Positions 13,191 through 25,544 of a stretch of 64,000 nucleotides of DNA are shown one piece after another. Location of the stretch: contig NC_043009.1 in the NCBI RefSeq assembly GCF_006345805.1, positions 8,370,001 to 8,434,000 of the forward strand, read 5' to 3'. A program made the translations under genes and the position numbers. The notes under the pieces are model-generated. The model searched no databases, was not told the origin of the DNA, and saw only the letters and a list, made by a program, of their open reading frames with translations. Within the stretch, counting starts at the first letter, position 1; every line of letters begins with the position of its first letter. The DNA is from Octopus sinensis. Its lineage: Eukaryota.

Positions 13191-13704
13191 CTATTGGATT
13201 TTCCTCAGCATATATTTCTGGTTTGTTTGTTTTTTATGCTCTGTGTATTGAATTTGTTAGTACTAATTTTTTTTAACATTTTTTAAAATATATTTTATTT
13301 AATCTGTTATCTATTTGCAAAGAGATTTACTATGATTTCTCTTTCTTTTTTTCTTCTTTGTTGTGTTTTGTTTTGTTTAATCTATTGTGCAAATAATACA
13401 GAATGTGTCTGGATGTTTGAGATGAGTTTGTGTTAATATGATTGTAATTTTTCCAACTATTCACTTCATCTTTAAAGATGAAATATTTTTCTTCTAATAT
13501 TTGCTGCATCAACACAATACTTCAATCGACTTGATCTGCAGTCATCATGCGTTTCAGTCCCAGATATATGCATTTAACTGGATCTGGATTTAAACTAATT
13601 TAGAAATTAAGATAACTATTTCAAATCCAGTCCAGTGCTACATATATATCCAAGAATAAGACATCTGATGCTGATGATCAGAGATCAAAAGCACAAATAT
13701 ATTG

Positions 13705-13910
13705 TCATCATCATCATCATCATCATTTAGCATCTGTTGTCCATGCTGGCATGGGTTGGATTGTTTGATCAGGGCTGGCAAGCTGGAGGGCTGCACCAGA
13801 CTCCAGTCTGATTTGGCATGGTTTCTATGGTTGGATGCCCTTCCTAACGCCAACCACTCCAAGAGTGTAATGGGTGCTTTTACATGCCACTGGCATGAGT
13901 GCCATTTGCA
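13705..13910 (-). mobile_element. RTE-tailed retroposon, family D
   Basis: (CAT)n tail followed by ccatgctggcatgggttgga...ggatgcccttcctaacgccaacc. Confidence 0.75.
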
Positions 13911-14700
13911 TCACATCAGTATCTGCCACAACTGTGGTTTTACTAAGCTTGATTGGTCTTCCTCTCAAGTACTACATTGTAAATGTAAATATTAGTTTCA
14001 AGGCCATCAATTTCAGGACAGGGGTTCTTGTCAACCCCAGGACTCAAACACAAGTTATTTTATCGACCCCGACAGGTTGTAAAGTAAAGTTGATCTTGGC
14101 AGAATTTGAACTTAGGACTTGCAGACAGACAAAATACCACTAAACATTTTACCTAGCGGGCTAATGATTCTGCCAGTTCACCACCTTTGTGGATGTAAAT
14201 ATTGAGAAGATGATGAAGAAAAGGAAATAGTTTCTTCTTTGATGATGTGGTTAATAATTTGCAAAAAATTTAAGACCCTCACCCACCCACGTTCCTTCCT
14301 TGTTCCTGTGTCCCCATTCACTTCTACTTACTACGTATCTTGAAGGACCGTCCAGACACCTTGTCACCACTGTTTGTCTCTTTGTAGCTCCTCCACAACA
14401 AGAACCTTGCCTATCTCCTCTTATACTTTAACACCTCACCTCATAGTATGAAACCGACACCCTATTCTCAGGATTCATAATTTTGCAAGCTACGTGATGG
14501 TCTCACTTATGCTGGTGTTACTATAAATGCGTTCAATACTTGTTGTAAAGTGGTTGGCATTGGGAAAGGTATCCAGCCATAGAAACCGTACTAAAGCAGA
14601 CACTGGAGCAGAATGCAGTTCTTGGCGTGATTGGATCCTGTCAAACCATCCAACCCATGCCAGCATGGAACAAGGATGTTAAATGATTGTGGTAATCATA

Positions 14701-15690
14701 TACAGGGTGTGTAAGGTATTTGAGGTCATAGCTTTTTTTTAGTCTTTGCTGCATTTTTTGCCAACTCTATATAATGTTTGCTTCGGAAAACAATAATAGC
14801 TAACCCTCGGCTTACTCAAGAAATGAAGAGGCATGCTGTTATTGTGGCTATAAAAGCTGAGCACAGTGATTTAGAAATCTCTTGATTTTTAAAAGTCATC
14901 AGATCTTTCGTCTACACAGTTCGTAAGGAGTTAGAGACCGACGATAGAAACATATCACCAGTATCTAAGCGTAAAGCATTCTAAATGCCCTGAAATCATC
15001 AGGACACTTGAATTTATCCAGCAAGTTCAACAGACCATTGATTACAATACCAGAAAATCCATGAGGTCAATTGCAAAAGATCTGCATGTGTAAGAAGGAA
15101 CTATCAGAAATGTGTCCATGAAGACATCAGATATAAGTCTTCTATGATGAGGAAAGGTCAATTTATGTCAGAAAAAGCAAAAGAAAATCACATCAGATCT
15201 AAAAGGCTCTTAAACAAACTGAAAAATCCAGCAGAAGAAGATTTGATTTGGTTTATATCGGACAAAAAAAAACTTCAATCAAGATCAAGAAGTTAACAGA
15301 AGAAATGACAGATTGTTATGTGACGACCCTTTTGAAGTTCCAAGAATTATGCATACAAAATTTCTTGTAACTATCATGGTTTTAGCAGTTGTCAGCAATG
15401 AAGGACATGTGATGCCTCTGTGCTTATTTCCACAAGGCCTTAGAGTATATCTGCCACCTACATCAAGGTCCTGGAAGCAGTTGTTAAGGTTCTTTCAAAG
15501 CTGGCATAGCCAGTGTAATGTCCAAAATGAACCAGGACCATTTGATTCAAGCATGTAGACGATTTAGGTCTTGTATAGAAGCAGTTATTGAAGTCGAAGG
15601 TGGCTTTATTGAATAACATTATAGAAAAGAAGGTTTATTTTTTATCCTGAAAACATTTTTTGATAATAAAGTTATTATCTGTTCGTTTAT
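14701..15690 (+). mobile_element. Decayed Tc1/mariner-superfamily transposon, maT/DD37D-like, internally deleted
   Basis: TA-CAGGGTG start; broken frames give KSMRSIAKDLHV, WFISDKKNFNQDQEVNRRNDR, TKFLVTIMVLAVVSNEGHVMP and C-terminal ACRRFRSCIEAVIEVEGGFIE* (stop 15614-15616). Confidence 0.8.
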
Positions 15691-15693
15691 ATA

Positions 15694-16000
15694 TCACGTG
15701 ATCACGTGACTGACCAGTCTATCGGATGTAGTTACACATCGCTGGTCACAATGCGTTCGCATTGTTTTAGCCTTCGAATGACACCACCCTGCTGGCTAAG
15801 CTAGCAGGCCAACAGAAGAAAGAGTGGGAGAAAGTGTGGTGAAAGAGTACAGCAGGGACCGCCACCCCCTGCCAGAGCCTTGTGGAGCTTTTCGGTGTTT
15901 TCGCTCAATAAACACTCACAACGCCTGGTCTGGGAATCGAAACCGCGATCCTACGACCGTGAGTCCGCTGCCCTAACCACTGGGCCATTGCGCCTCCACC
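15694..16000 (-). mobile_element. tRNA-derived SINE, family C
   Basis: Minus-strand head ggcgcaatggcccagtggttagg...ggtttcgattccc (A and B boxes); copies at 34994 and 37282. Confidence 0.85.
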
Positions 16001-16209
16001 GTTTATATATATATATATATATGGCACAGGTGCTAGTTATGTGACACCAGCATATATATATATATATATAAATCCATAAAACAGAATAAGAATGTAAAGG
16101 ATGACAATAAAAACATATGGACAGATAGACGAGACAAAGACAGACAAGAAAAAATATGATGGATCAGTCGTGACCCTCTGTTCATCGGTCAAGGTTCCAA
16201 TTATCATTA

Positions 16210-16522
16210 CAGTGGCCATGGAATTGCACCTAGAAAGTTCCCTTTCTTGGTAAAAGTCCAGGCAAGATTATTTATGAAGGACCAGCAGTCACCCATGCAT
16301 ACAAGCCTTCCCTCGCCACGCCATTGATGTTATCCAAAGGAAAGGCAAAGGTCTATACATCTCAGCACCAGTGACATCGCAACTCATTTCTGCAGCTGAG
16401 TGAACTGGAGCAACATGAAATAAAATGTCTTGTTCAAGAACACAGCACACAGCCTGGTTCGGGAATCGAACTCACAACCTCATGATTGTGAGCCTGACTC
16501 TCTAGCCACAGCCACACACCTT
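16210..16522 (-). mobile_element. tRNA-derived SINE, another family
   Basis: Minus-strand head with B box gagttcgattccc, then cttgaacaagacattttatttca...ctccagttcactcagctg. Confidence 0.7.
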
Positions 16523-16624
16523 GGGAGAGAGACATATATTTATCCCCCTGATTGGTCAACATAAGTCCATGGCTTTTTGAATGTTTTGCTGTGTAATTTA
16601 CTTCTTATATTATTCTTTTGTTCT

Positions 16625-17030
16625 CTGTTGTTTGACTGGCTTCAGTCATTGAATTGTGGCTAAGCTGGAGCACCACCTCGAAATGTGTAGTCTGACAAAT
16701 CAATCACAATACTTTTTTTTGTTAAATCTGGTACTTATTCTATCGGTCTCTTATGCCAAACCACTAAGTTACAGGAACATAAACAAACCAACATAGTCTA
16801 TCAAGTGATGGTGGGGACCAACATAATTACAAAGACACACACACGCTTAAATGTATACATGCATATGAGATGGGCTTCCACACAGTTTCTGTCTGCCAGA
16901 TTCACTCACAAGGCATTGGTCAGCCTAGAGTTATAATAAAAGACACTTACCCAAAGTGCCATCTGGTGGAATTGAATCTGAAACTACATGATTGCAAGTG
17001 AGCTTCTTGACCACTGACACCAGTACCTGT
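16625..17030 (-). mobile_element. SINE family A (old copy)
   Basis: Diverged reverse-complement match. Confidence 0.7.
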
Positions 17031-17102
17031 TTTAGACTGTTGGTTATTTTATCAAATCACCAAGTTTCACTTTTTGGCCCAGCACCAGTTTTAAACAGTT
17101 TT

Positions 17103-17365
17103 TAGTCAATATCTAATTTTATTTTCATTTTTCTGGCAAGTATGGAAGACAGATTTAGACATGTTTTTTTCTTGTTCTGACCTCATCAATGAAACACAGT
17201 CTTCACTATACTTACCAAAATAGCTATGAAAGAATCACAGACTAAATGTACACATTTGTATATTTGTTAATTTAAGAAATAATCATTGTCGAATATTATT
17301 TTTTCTTCATTATATTTTTTTAGTTAACCTTTTTAATATTCTCAGTATTAAACAGTTGTTATTTT
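17103..17365 (-). repeat. Inverted copy of 12925-13190 with a degenerate H1 hammerhead (17154-17194)
   Basis: Minus strand reads ttca-TTGATGA-ggtc-agaacaa-gaaa-AAAAC-AT-GTC-taaa. Confidence 0.7.
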
Positions 17366-18068
17366 TTGTACAGATGAAGGTGGCAAGTTGGCAGAATCAT
17401 TAAAGTGTTGAACAAACTGCTTAGAGACATTTTTCTGGTCTTTTAGGTTCTAAGTTCAAATCCACTAATGATATGATCATGCATGTAATTAACTGTTTTT
17501 GGGGGTGGGGGATGGCGAGGATAAGTATTTGCTATAATATTTGCTAAAGTACTCCTTCCCTTATGTCCTTCGAAAATAAAGTACCAGTCAAGTACTTGGG
17601 CTGATCTAATTGACTAACTCCCTCCTACTAAAATTGCTGGTCTGGTGCCAAAATTTTAAACCATTTTCCATATAAATGATATTTTTGACTCAGTGAATTT
17701 CTAACCAATTTTATGAACACAGACACAGATATATGTACTGACATGCACATTCACATACACACACACATATGTACTGATATACACATTCACATACACACAC
17801 ACGCACACACTGGGCTTCTAAACCAATTCCATCAACTCACAAGCTCAACCTAAATCTGTGGTAGGAATCACTTACCCATGCTTCCATGCAGTAAGTCTGA
17901 AATTTGCTTTGGAGCAGGAAAGTGAATTCCTTAATGACATGGTCATGTAGTTATTTAATTTGTTGTTATTTTTGTGGTGGGATGAGGGATGAGTGTTTGC
18001 TATAACATTTTCTAAAGTACTCCTATAAATTTTGTTCTGTACCTTATTTCAAGGACCATCTTCTAAAT

Positions 18069-18375
18069 CAGTGCTTTTCAAACTATCTGATGTGGCATTA
18101 CCGGCAGTTTTTTTTCTCTTCCAATGTGCCAAGAACCGGTAATATTTCTTGGTAATATTAATTTATACCAGAAACAATATATATAATGAATATGATAAAA
18201 GTTGGTGAGTACCATGCTCCACCGGTCAGCTGATAGGTTGTTTACTGCAGTGCATTAGGCGAAATTACTGAAATTATGCTATTGTTTCTCTCTTTTCTGG
18301 AAACTCGCTGTGTACTGGCAGCTGATGGCTCGCAGACTGGCACCGGTCTGCAGACCACCACTTTGAGTAGCACTG
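18069..18375. mobile_element. hAT-type MITE
   Basis: cagtgcttttcaaact ... actttgagtagcactg; 8-bp flanks ttctaaat/ctctaact (6/8 match). Confidence 0.65.
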
Positions 18376-18811
18376 CTCTAACTAACATCTTCATGAGAGT
18401 CAATATCTTTGGTTGGAGTTATCATTTTAATCAGAATTATTTACATGGTCACTCAACTTGCTATAAACAGTAACCAAAATATCCCTCAACTCCCTACCAC
18501 CTTACAGACAGCCTTAAAAGACTAAGGAACACATTGGATAGTGTAGATGTAGTGTTAAATACCATAAGCAGATAGTTCAGTTCACAGTAGGGATTGCTTT
18601 TCACGATAAGTCTGCTTGACTGGAGCTGATCTGGGATTAAATGATATGAAGATTATCATTATTATTTAAATGTTCTTTTTAATATTCTGCAGGATTAGAC
18701 ACAACTGATCTGTGCTACAACAGTTTGTTATATGTTTCATTTTAAATATGTTGGAAGATTGAACAGGGAAGAGCTGTGTATGTTACAACAGCTTGTTATA
18801 GGTTCTATATT

Positions 18812-19040
18812 ACTCTTTCTCTTTTACTCTTTTACTTGTTTCAGTCATTTGACTGTGGCCATGCTGGAGCACCGCCTTTAATCGAGCAAATCGACCCCAG
18901 GACTTAGTCTTTGTAAGCCCAGTACTTATTCTATCGGTCTCTTTTGCCGAACCGCTAAGTGATGGGGATGTAAACACACCAGCATCGGTTGTCAAGCAAT
19001 GCTAGGGGGGACAAACACAGACACACAAACACACACACAT

Positions 19041-19083
<43 letters not shown>

Positions 19084-19250
19084 TATGACAGGCTTCTTTC
19101 AGTTTCCGTCTACCAAATCCACTCACAAGGCATTGGTCGGCCCGGGGCTATAGCAGAAGACACTTACCCAAGATGCCACGCAGTGGGACTGAACCCGGAA
19201 CCATGTGATTGGTTAGCAAGCTACTTACCACACAGCCACTCCTGCGCCTA
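18812..19250 (-). mobile_element. SINE family A (young copy)
   Basis: Near-consensus reverse-complement copy. Confidence 0.9.
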
Positions 19251-20029
19251 TATATCGTGTTTTCATCATCATCATCATCATCATCATCATTTAACGTCCT
19301 TGTTCCATGCTGATATGGGTTGGACAGTCTAGCACAATCCAATAAATCCAAGGATTGCATCTTGCTCCAGTGTCTCTTCTATGGCTTGATGCCCTTCCTA
19401 AAGCCAACCACTTTCCAATGCTTGCTGGATGCTTTTTTGGAGCCACTAGCATTAATGGGGTCCCCATGCAACTTGCATGTCTATAAGACTCAAGTGGGGA
19501 AAAGAAACTTTATGGATGGGAGAATAAGGAATAGAAACAGGTGAAACAAATATCTCAAAGGATTTCATTCAAAGTTTTTCCTTGCTGATATTTATCTGTT
19601 TTACCAGTTTACATCTGCAAAAGAAGTACATACATGTACATCTATATCCATATAAGATACGCTCCTGTAAAGTTCCAGCTATCAAATTCCACTGACAAAG
19701 TATTGGCCAACCAAAACTTGTTGCAGAAAATATTTGCGCAAGATTCCACACTGTGAAATTGAACCAGAAAGTATTCATGCTCCATAGTGCTTACTTAAGC
19801 CATTCATTTGCTTTGGATCGTCAGCTGTCTTTTCTTTTTGTTCTCAATTGTAGGCTGTCTCTTCTGCTTCTCTCCTGTTGGATCACTGTTATTTCAGCTC
19901 TGCCTCTGTATTCCATTTCTAGTTAGTCCTTTTGAATTTGATGCACTTCAACATATGCTTTCCTGAGGAAAGGTGTTCCTCTCTCAGGTCTTGCGATTTT
20001 TGAATTTTCATTGATGCTTCTGTAACTTA

Positions 20030-20212
20030 TTTTCTTGGTAGGGGTGTTGGCACTGCACAAACTCATTTTTACCTCTGTGAAGAGTCAGACCATATTAATC
20101 TGGCCTCTATTCTTTGACCTGCCCAGCATAGGAGACCCTACCATGAGCTTGCATTCCACTAGCATAGCTTTCAGGGGTCATTGGGGCACACAGCATAAAC
20201 ACTGCAACAAGT
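20030..20212 (-). mobile_element. RTE-clade LINE 5' UTR fragment
   Basis: Minus strand caatgacccctgaaagctatgc...tggtagggtctcctatgctgggcaggtcaaag resembles RTE/Expander 5' ends. Confidence 0.5.
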
Positions 20213-20599
20213 TTTGGACCTCATAGTGGATGCTTCATAGTAGATAACATTATATTAGAAACCCAACACTCTTATGTTCAACTACACTATGACCATACTA
20301 TCTCTGAGTTTTACTTTGTTACTAGTTACTTCTGTTTCCTACAGTCCACTACTTTAACTATTTGTCCACCTCACATGTGAGCCTCTACATGGTTACTTGG
20401 TCTGCTAGAAACAACAACCATTTTTTTTATCCTACCACGACCCACTAAGTTAAGAAAATGCATCATGTCATCTGGTTATACAGTTTCAGAAATAATAAGA
20501 AGAAATTAAAGATACCATGCTTACATTGCACTCATCAGAGGTTTTACTCAGTGCTAACCTAAGGTTTTCCTGCTAACTTGTGCAACTTTTCCCCCCAAC

Positions 20600-20780
20600 A
20601 TACATCACCCAATAATACCTATTTGTTATCCAAAAAATACCTCAGCCCTGATAGGCTACTGATCCTTTATGTAACTGATTTGAGATCCACAATGGAGTAT
20701 TGCCCCCAAATGTGGGATGATGCTGCTGCAATATACACAAATGTTGGCAATTGCTGATTTATTTACAGTATCATTACTTG
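20600..20780 (+). mobile_element. CR1/L2-type LINE ORF2 remnant
   Basis: Translates LLILYVTDLRSTMEYCPQMWDDA, matching the LYKxxIRPxxEYCxxxW motif. Confidence 0.55.
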
Positions 20781-21236
20781 TCTGTCTTAATTTATATGCT
20801 TCTTCAAGTTGTTTTAGCTTCGGGGCACATTTGCAATTCTTCATAATTCTCAGTTTAGTTTTTGTTACGCAGAACTCCCTGAGGTCTTTAGATAACATGG
20901 AATTAAAATCTTCATTTTCAGTTCAACTTCCATTATCCATTCATTCAATCATTCCTCCGCCAAACTAAAGCCACTGGAATACTGAAGGATCCTTAGATAG
21001 TGATCAATTTTAATACAGTTGATTCACAAGTTAATGTGCAGTTAACTCTGCTATCTTTCGTATTCACGTTTCATTCATACATGCCCAGCTTACTCATAAA
21101 TATGTTACACTTTCCAGAAATCTTCATTTTACTGATGTTGATAGTCAACCAATTTAATCATTGCTCCATCTTTCCATCATTTTCTCCATATTTTGCTTAC
21201 AAGAGCTTTGTTAAACTACACTGGAAAATTAATGTA

Positions 21237-21400
21237 AGGTGCAGGAGTGGCTGTGTGGTAAGTAGCTTGCTTACCAACCACATGGTTCCGGGTTCAGTCC
21301 CACTGCGTGGCACCTTGGGCAAGTGTCTTCTACTATAGCCTCAGGCCGACCACTGCCTTGTGAGTGGACTTGGTAGACGGAAACTGAAAAGAAGCCCGTC

Positions 21401-21438
<38 letters not shown>

Positions 21439-21649
21439 ATTTGTTTGTGCATCTGTGTTTGTCCCTACTCAGCATCGCTTGACAACCAATGCTGGTGTGT
21501 TTATGTCCCCGTAACTTAGTGGTTCGGCAAAGGAGACCAATAGAATAAGTACTAGGCTTACAAAGAATAAGTCCTGGGGTCGATTTGCTTGACTAATGGT
21601 GGTGCTCCAGCATGGCCACAGTCAAATGACTGAAACAAGTAAAAGAGTA
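21237..21649 (+). mobile_element. SINE family A
   Basis: Full-length copy. Confidence 0.9.
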
Positions 21650-22599
21650 TAAGGAACAGTATAGTAGGCTGTGGAGCAAAGGAAGCTATCATGAAGTTTG
21701 TTGTGAGAAATATTCCAGTCCCTGCTAAGAGTGGTGTACAATGTACTTCTATGTCCAGGCTAATGTTAGATCATGAGGCTTGAGTAATATTGTAAATTGT
21801 CACCAAGGTATATCACTGGAGCATATTCTAGCAACTAATGTGGGGTAGCCATGTATCTATTTCCTCTATAGCAAGGCACCTGCACTTGTCTCTCTGTCTG
21901 ACTTACAATCTCAGTACCTGACATAAAAACCGTCTCTCCTTTCCTTATACTTCCTCACACACACAATTAGTCATATGTTCTTTTCTCTTTTCTGTTCTTT
22001 TCTGTCTTGCAACATGGTGACCTCACTAGTGCTGGTGGCATGAAAACAAAAAAAAGCACCCAGTACACATTGTAAGATGGTCGGTGTTGGGAATGGCATC
22101 CAGTTGTAGAAAAAAAACATGCCAAAACTGACACTAGTGCTCAGTGCAGACCTGCAGCTTGCCAGATCCATGGAAAATGGACATTAAAGGATGATGATAT
22201 TAATAATATGATGTGGCAAATCATTCTTTACTGAGTATACTTAGTGGCATCAACAAGTCTTGTGTATTCTTACTAAATCACTAAAACACCAATAGAACAG
22301 CATTGATGTAATGAGAATCAATCAACACTGAGTTGCACATTGTTGTTTTCTCTGAAGAGGGCAAGAAAAGACAACTTGAAGGATAAACAAAGAAGCACAA
22401 AGACCCACACTTCTGAACAGTGCTAATGACTGATTGGTAATGTCAGACAGATTTGAAGGAAGCTTTCATGTTCTTAACCATATTATTGTAACAAAGGGTT
22501 ACTCTTACCTTATGATATAGTTGATTTCAATTGATGGTGACTTAAGAGAGCAGTATGAAACGTACATATAAAAAGAAGAGTGTAAAATATAAAGGGCCT

Positions 22600-23030
22600 C
22601 AGGAACTATGTGAGATACAAAGATGGCTGTTTGGTCGTTCAAGTAGAAGCAGTATCTTCTGGGTTTGTAGCGAGATCCACCGTGTCCTTTCTGGTTGATC
22701 CTGGGCTAGAAAGGCTTGCGGATAGGTGTACAGCAGAGGGAAGCCAACCATTCATGGAGATGGTAGAGATACATCTGAGAAAGACTGAAGCTAAAGTCAG
22801 GGAACAAGTCATAAAACAAAATAGTTGCTGCATGGTTGGAATGGTTAGGTCTGATTCCTGTTTGGTATTGTGGTTGTTTAGATAACAAGTGACCTATAAG
22901 AACCCAGACATTTCTTGGTAGCATCAAGGCTGCTTGAGATTACTGGAGAGAGGAACACGTAGAAGGTATTGAAATCATTGTGGTGTCTGGTCAACAATTG
23001 ATAAAGGAATTGTCTACAGAGCAAGCTTTA
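22600..23030 (-). mobile_element. Highly decayed LINE RT remnant
   Basis: Frames give LLSKQPQYQTGIRPNHS / TMQQL, like RT domain 2 QxGFRxxxSTxxQL. Confidence 0.35.
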
Positions 23031-23869
23031 TGTAAAATAATATGTCATCGTTATCATCATCATCATCATCAGAATTGTTATCGTTTGCATTGCCATGCTG
23101 ACATGGAACTGAACATTTTGAAGTAGTGTTTTACAGCTGGACACCCTTTCTGATGCCAACCCTTATAGTCACCTCTTATTATATACAAGGATACAGTGTA
23201 CTTAATCTAAAGATTGTGACACAGTAATAAATGTGTGTGTATCATACAGAATGGCACAGTTCAATGCATCACGTAGCAGAGACACATTGTGTGTGTGTGT
23301 GTGTTTCCTGGCTAAGTGAAATTTCCTCATTGGCTGGCATGTTTTCATGCAGCATTAAACACACTCACACACACACACACACCAAGAGCAACTTTTAGTG
23401 TTATAGCCAATGCTTACACAGTAAAAATCAGACTGAATTGGAGTAGACAAAGCCTATATTTGCCATAATTTTCTGCTGTCTCATAAATATGAGATTTGTT
23501 ATTTACTTTCATTTATACATCTCTGGTATTTATTTCATGCCTTGCATTCATACAAGAAGTATAACATAGAACGCTTTTCATCATTTTATGTCCACTTTCC
23601 ATACTGGCATTAGTTGAATGTATCAGTCTGAGACAGTTTTATCAGAGTTACTGCCCAATCAGACTGATTAGAGAACCAAATATTGGTTGTAGGTTTTATT
23701 TTTGGCTTGAATTCTATGACTAGTTCATCCTCCTAACACCAAACACTTTACAGAATGTACAAGGTACACTTTACCATTGAACCAGAAAGTTTGTCATATT
23801 TTCAACAAGACTGAGAGGTCCTCTCATCCCTACGTTGTCTCCACTGATTCACCAACCCCTTTGCAGAGT

Positions 23870-24735
23870 GTACTGGGTGCATTTTATCGTAGTGTCAACT
23901 GTAATGAGTTTACCTTGTACCCTATGAGACCAAAATCTCATCACTACTCTTTACTGTATCCATTTTCTCAAGACAACATGATGGGAGAGTTGAATGGGAG
24001 AGTGAGTCATAAGAAAAAGGAATCAGGATGAGAGGGTGGAAGGAGCTTAGAATATAATGGTAGAAACGCAGTAATTGTTGTAGGAGGAAAGAGACAGTGG
24101 TGTATAATAAAAAGTAGTGATGGGTGTCAGTAATGAGTGGCCCAGGGAAGAAGCAGATGACTGGCTGTACTGAAAGGGGGAGGGTAGAATATACTGGGTA
24201 CAAACTCAACTGAAGTAACCTGCTAAACACAGGCCTTCTGATGGGCAAGAAATAAGGATGGTGGTGGGGGATTAAATAAGGATAAGTCCAGTATTATCCC
24301 TTACTACATTGGCAATATGATAACATTAAATGGAACAGAGGGTGAGAAATAAAAATGAGAGGATATCAGAAAAAAACGGGATAGTAGCAGATGTATACCT
24401 AACAGGAACATATTGCATGAGAGATTCAAATGTAAGCATTTATTATTCTATTCAGCCTCTATCGCTATTACCATTTTTAATAATTCATATGGTATGCTTT
24501 CATAAGTAGGTAGGTCTTCTCCAGCACCACATGCCACCAATTATCCCAGTTCTTTGTCATCTCTGTGAGGTTCAACATTCTCAGATCAACCTTCCCTACT
24601 TTGATCCATGATTGCTTGGCTTTACTTTCTGCCATAAGTTAATTGCACTTTGCTCTGCACTTCTTTCATCTCCCAAATAATATATGCCTATTCTAGCACA
24701 GTCTTCTCTTTTGCACAACACATCTGATTGCCCTT
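23870..24735 (-). mobile_element. RTE LINE 3' end
   Basis: Minus strand gives VDLRMLNLTEMTKNWDNWWHVVLEKT, like the RTE C-terminus, followed by 3' UTR. Confidence 0.55.
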
Positions 24736-25224
24736 TATTAGGAAGGGCATCCAGCTGTAAAAACCATGCCAAAGCAGACTTTGTTCACTCTGGTTCACTC
24801 TGTAAAGTGGTTGGCATTAGGAAGGGCATCCAGCCATGACAATTATGCCAGAACAGACAGTGGAGTTTGGTGCAGTCCTCAAGCTTGCCAGCTCCCATCA
24901 AATCATCCAACCCATATCAGAATAGAAGATGGATGTTAAATGATGATGCTAGTGTGTGTGTGTGTGTGTAATAATTGTTTTAGTATCTACTTTTTGGATT
25001 TTTTTAAAGCAGATTTTCTATGGGAGAATCCCCTTCCTGTTGCCAACCCTCACTTTTTTCTAGGCTAAGTGAAATTTCCCCATTGGCTGACATGTGTGAT
25101 ATTTGGAAGATTTAGTTGCTACTTCTAAGTCAAGCAACTATATCTAGTCTACCTTTTGCTGATTCAAATTCATACCCTTGCTTTATTTTTTTTTTTGTTT
25201 TGTTACATATATTTATATAAAGAT

Positions 25225-25436
25225 AATTATAGCCGGTCTATGGGGTTACCCAGGGTTTCATAACCCTAGAGAGCATAGCTTTACATCTTGTGAGACCCCA
25301 GTGGCCTGTAGCCTCACTTCAAGGCACTTTGAAGAGAGGTTATAGGCCACCAACCATTACGGTATGACAAGACATTGTAAAGCTGAGTGCTTTATGCATG
25401 CAAAACCCTGGCTAACCCTATGAACCTGCCATAACT
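25225..25436. other. ~210-nt GC-rich rod-like hairpin
   Basis: Three stacked helices; apical arms 25301-25324 and 25327-25350. Confidence 0.8.
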
Positions 25437-25544
25437 AACATTCTCTAAATACTCTATTGCTCTATAACTTAGAGTGTGCTTCTCTTTTGGATTTATGATT
25501 TTCTGATGATAAATGTGTGTGTGTGTGTGTGTGTGTGTGTTAGA

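Noticed and set aside
16070-16205. Minus-strand CCGATGA in a possible PLE tail fragment
   Set aside because: No GAAA or helix III remains, so a ribozyme cannot be supported
20470-20545. Minus-strand CTGATGA-gtgc..gcat...GAAAC
   Set aside because: GAAA is not adjacent to helix II and there is no helix I
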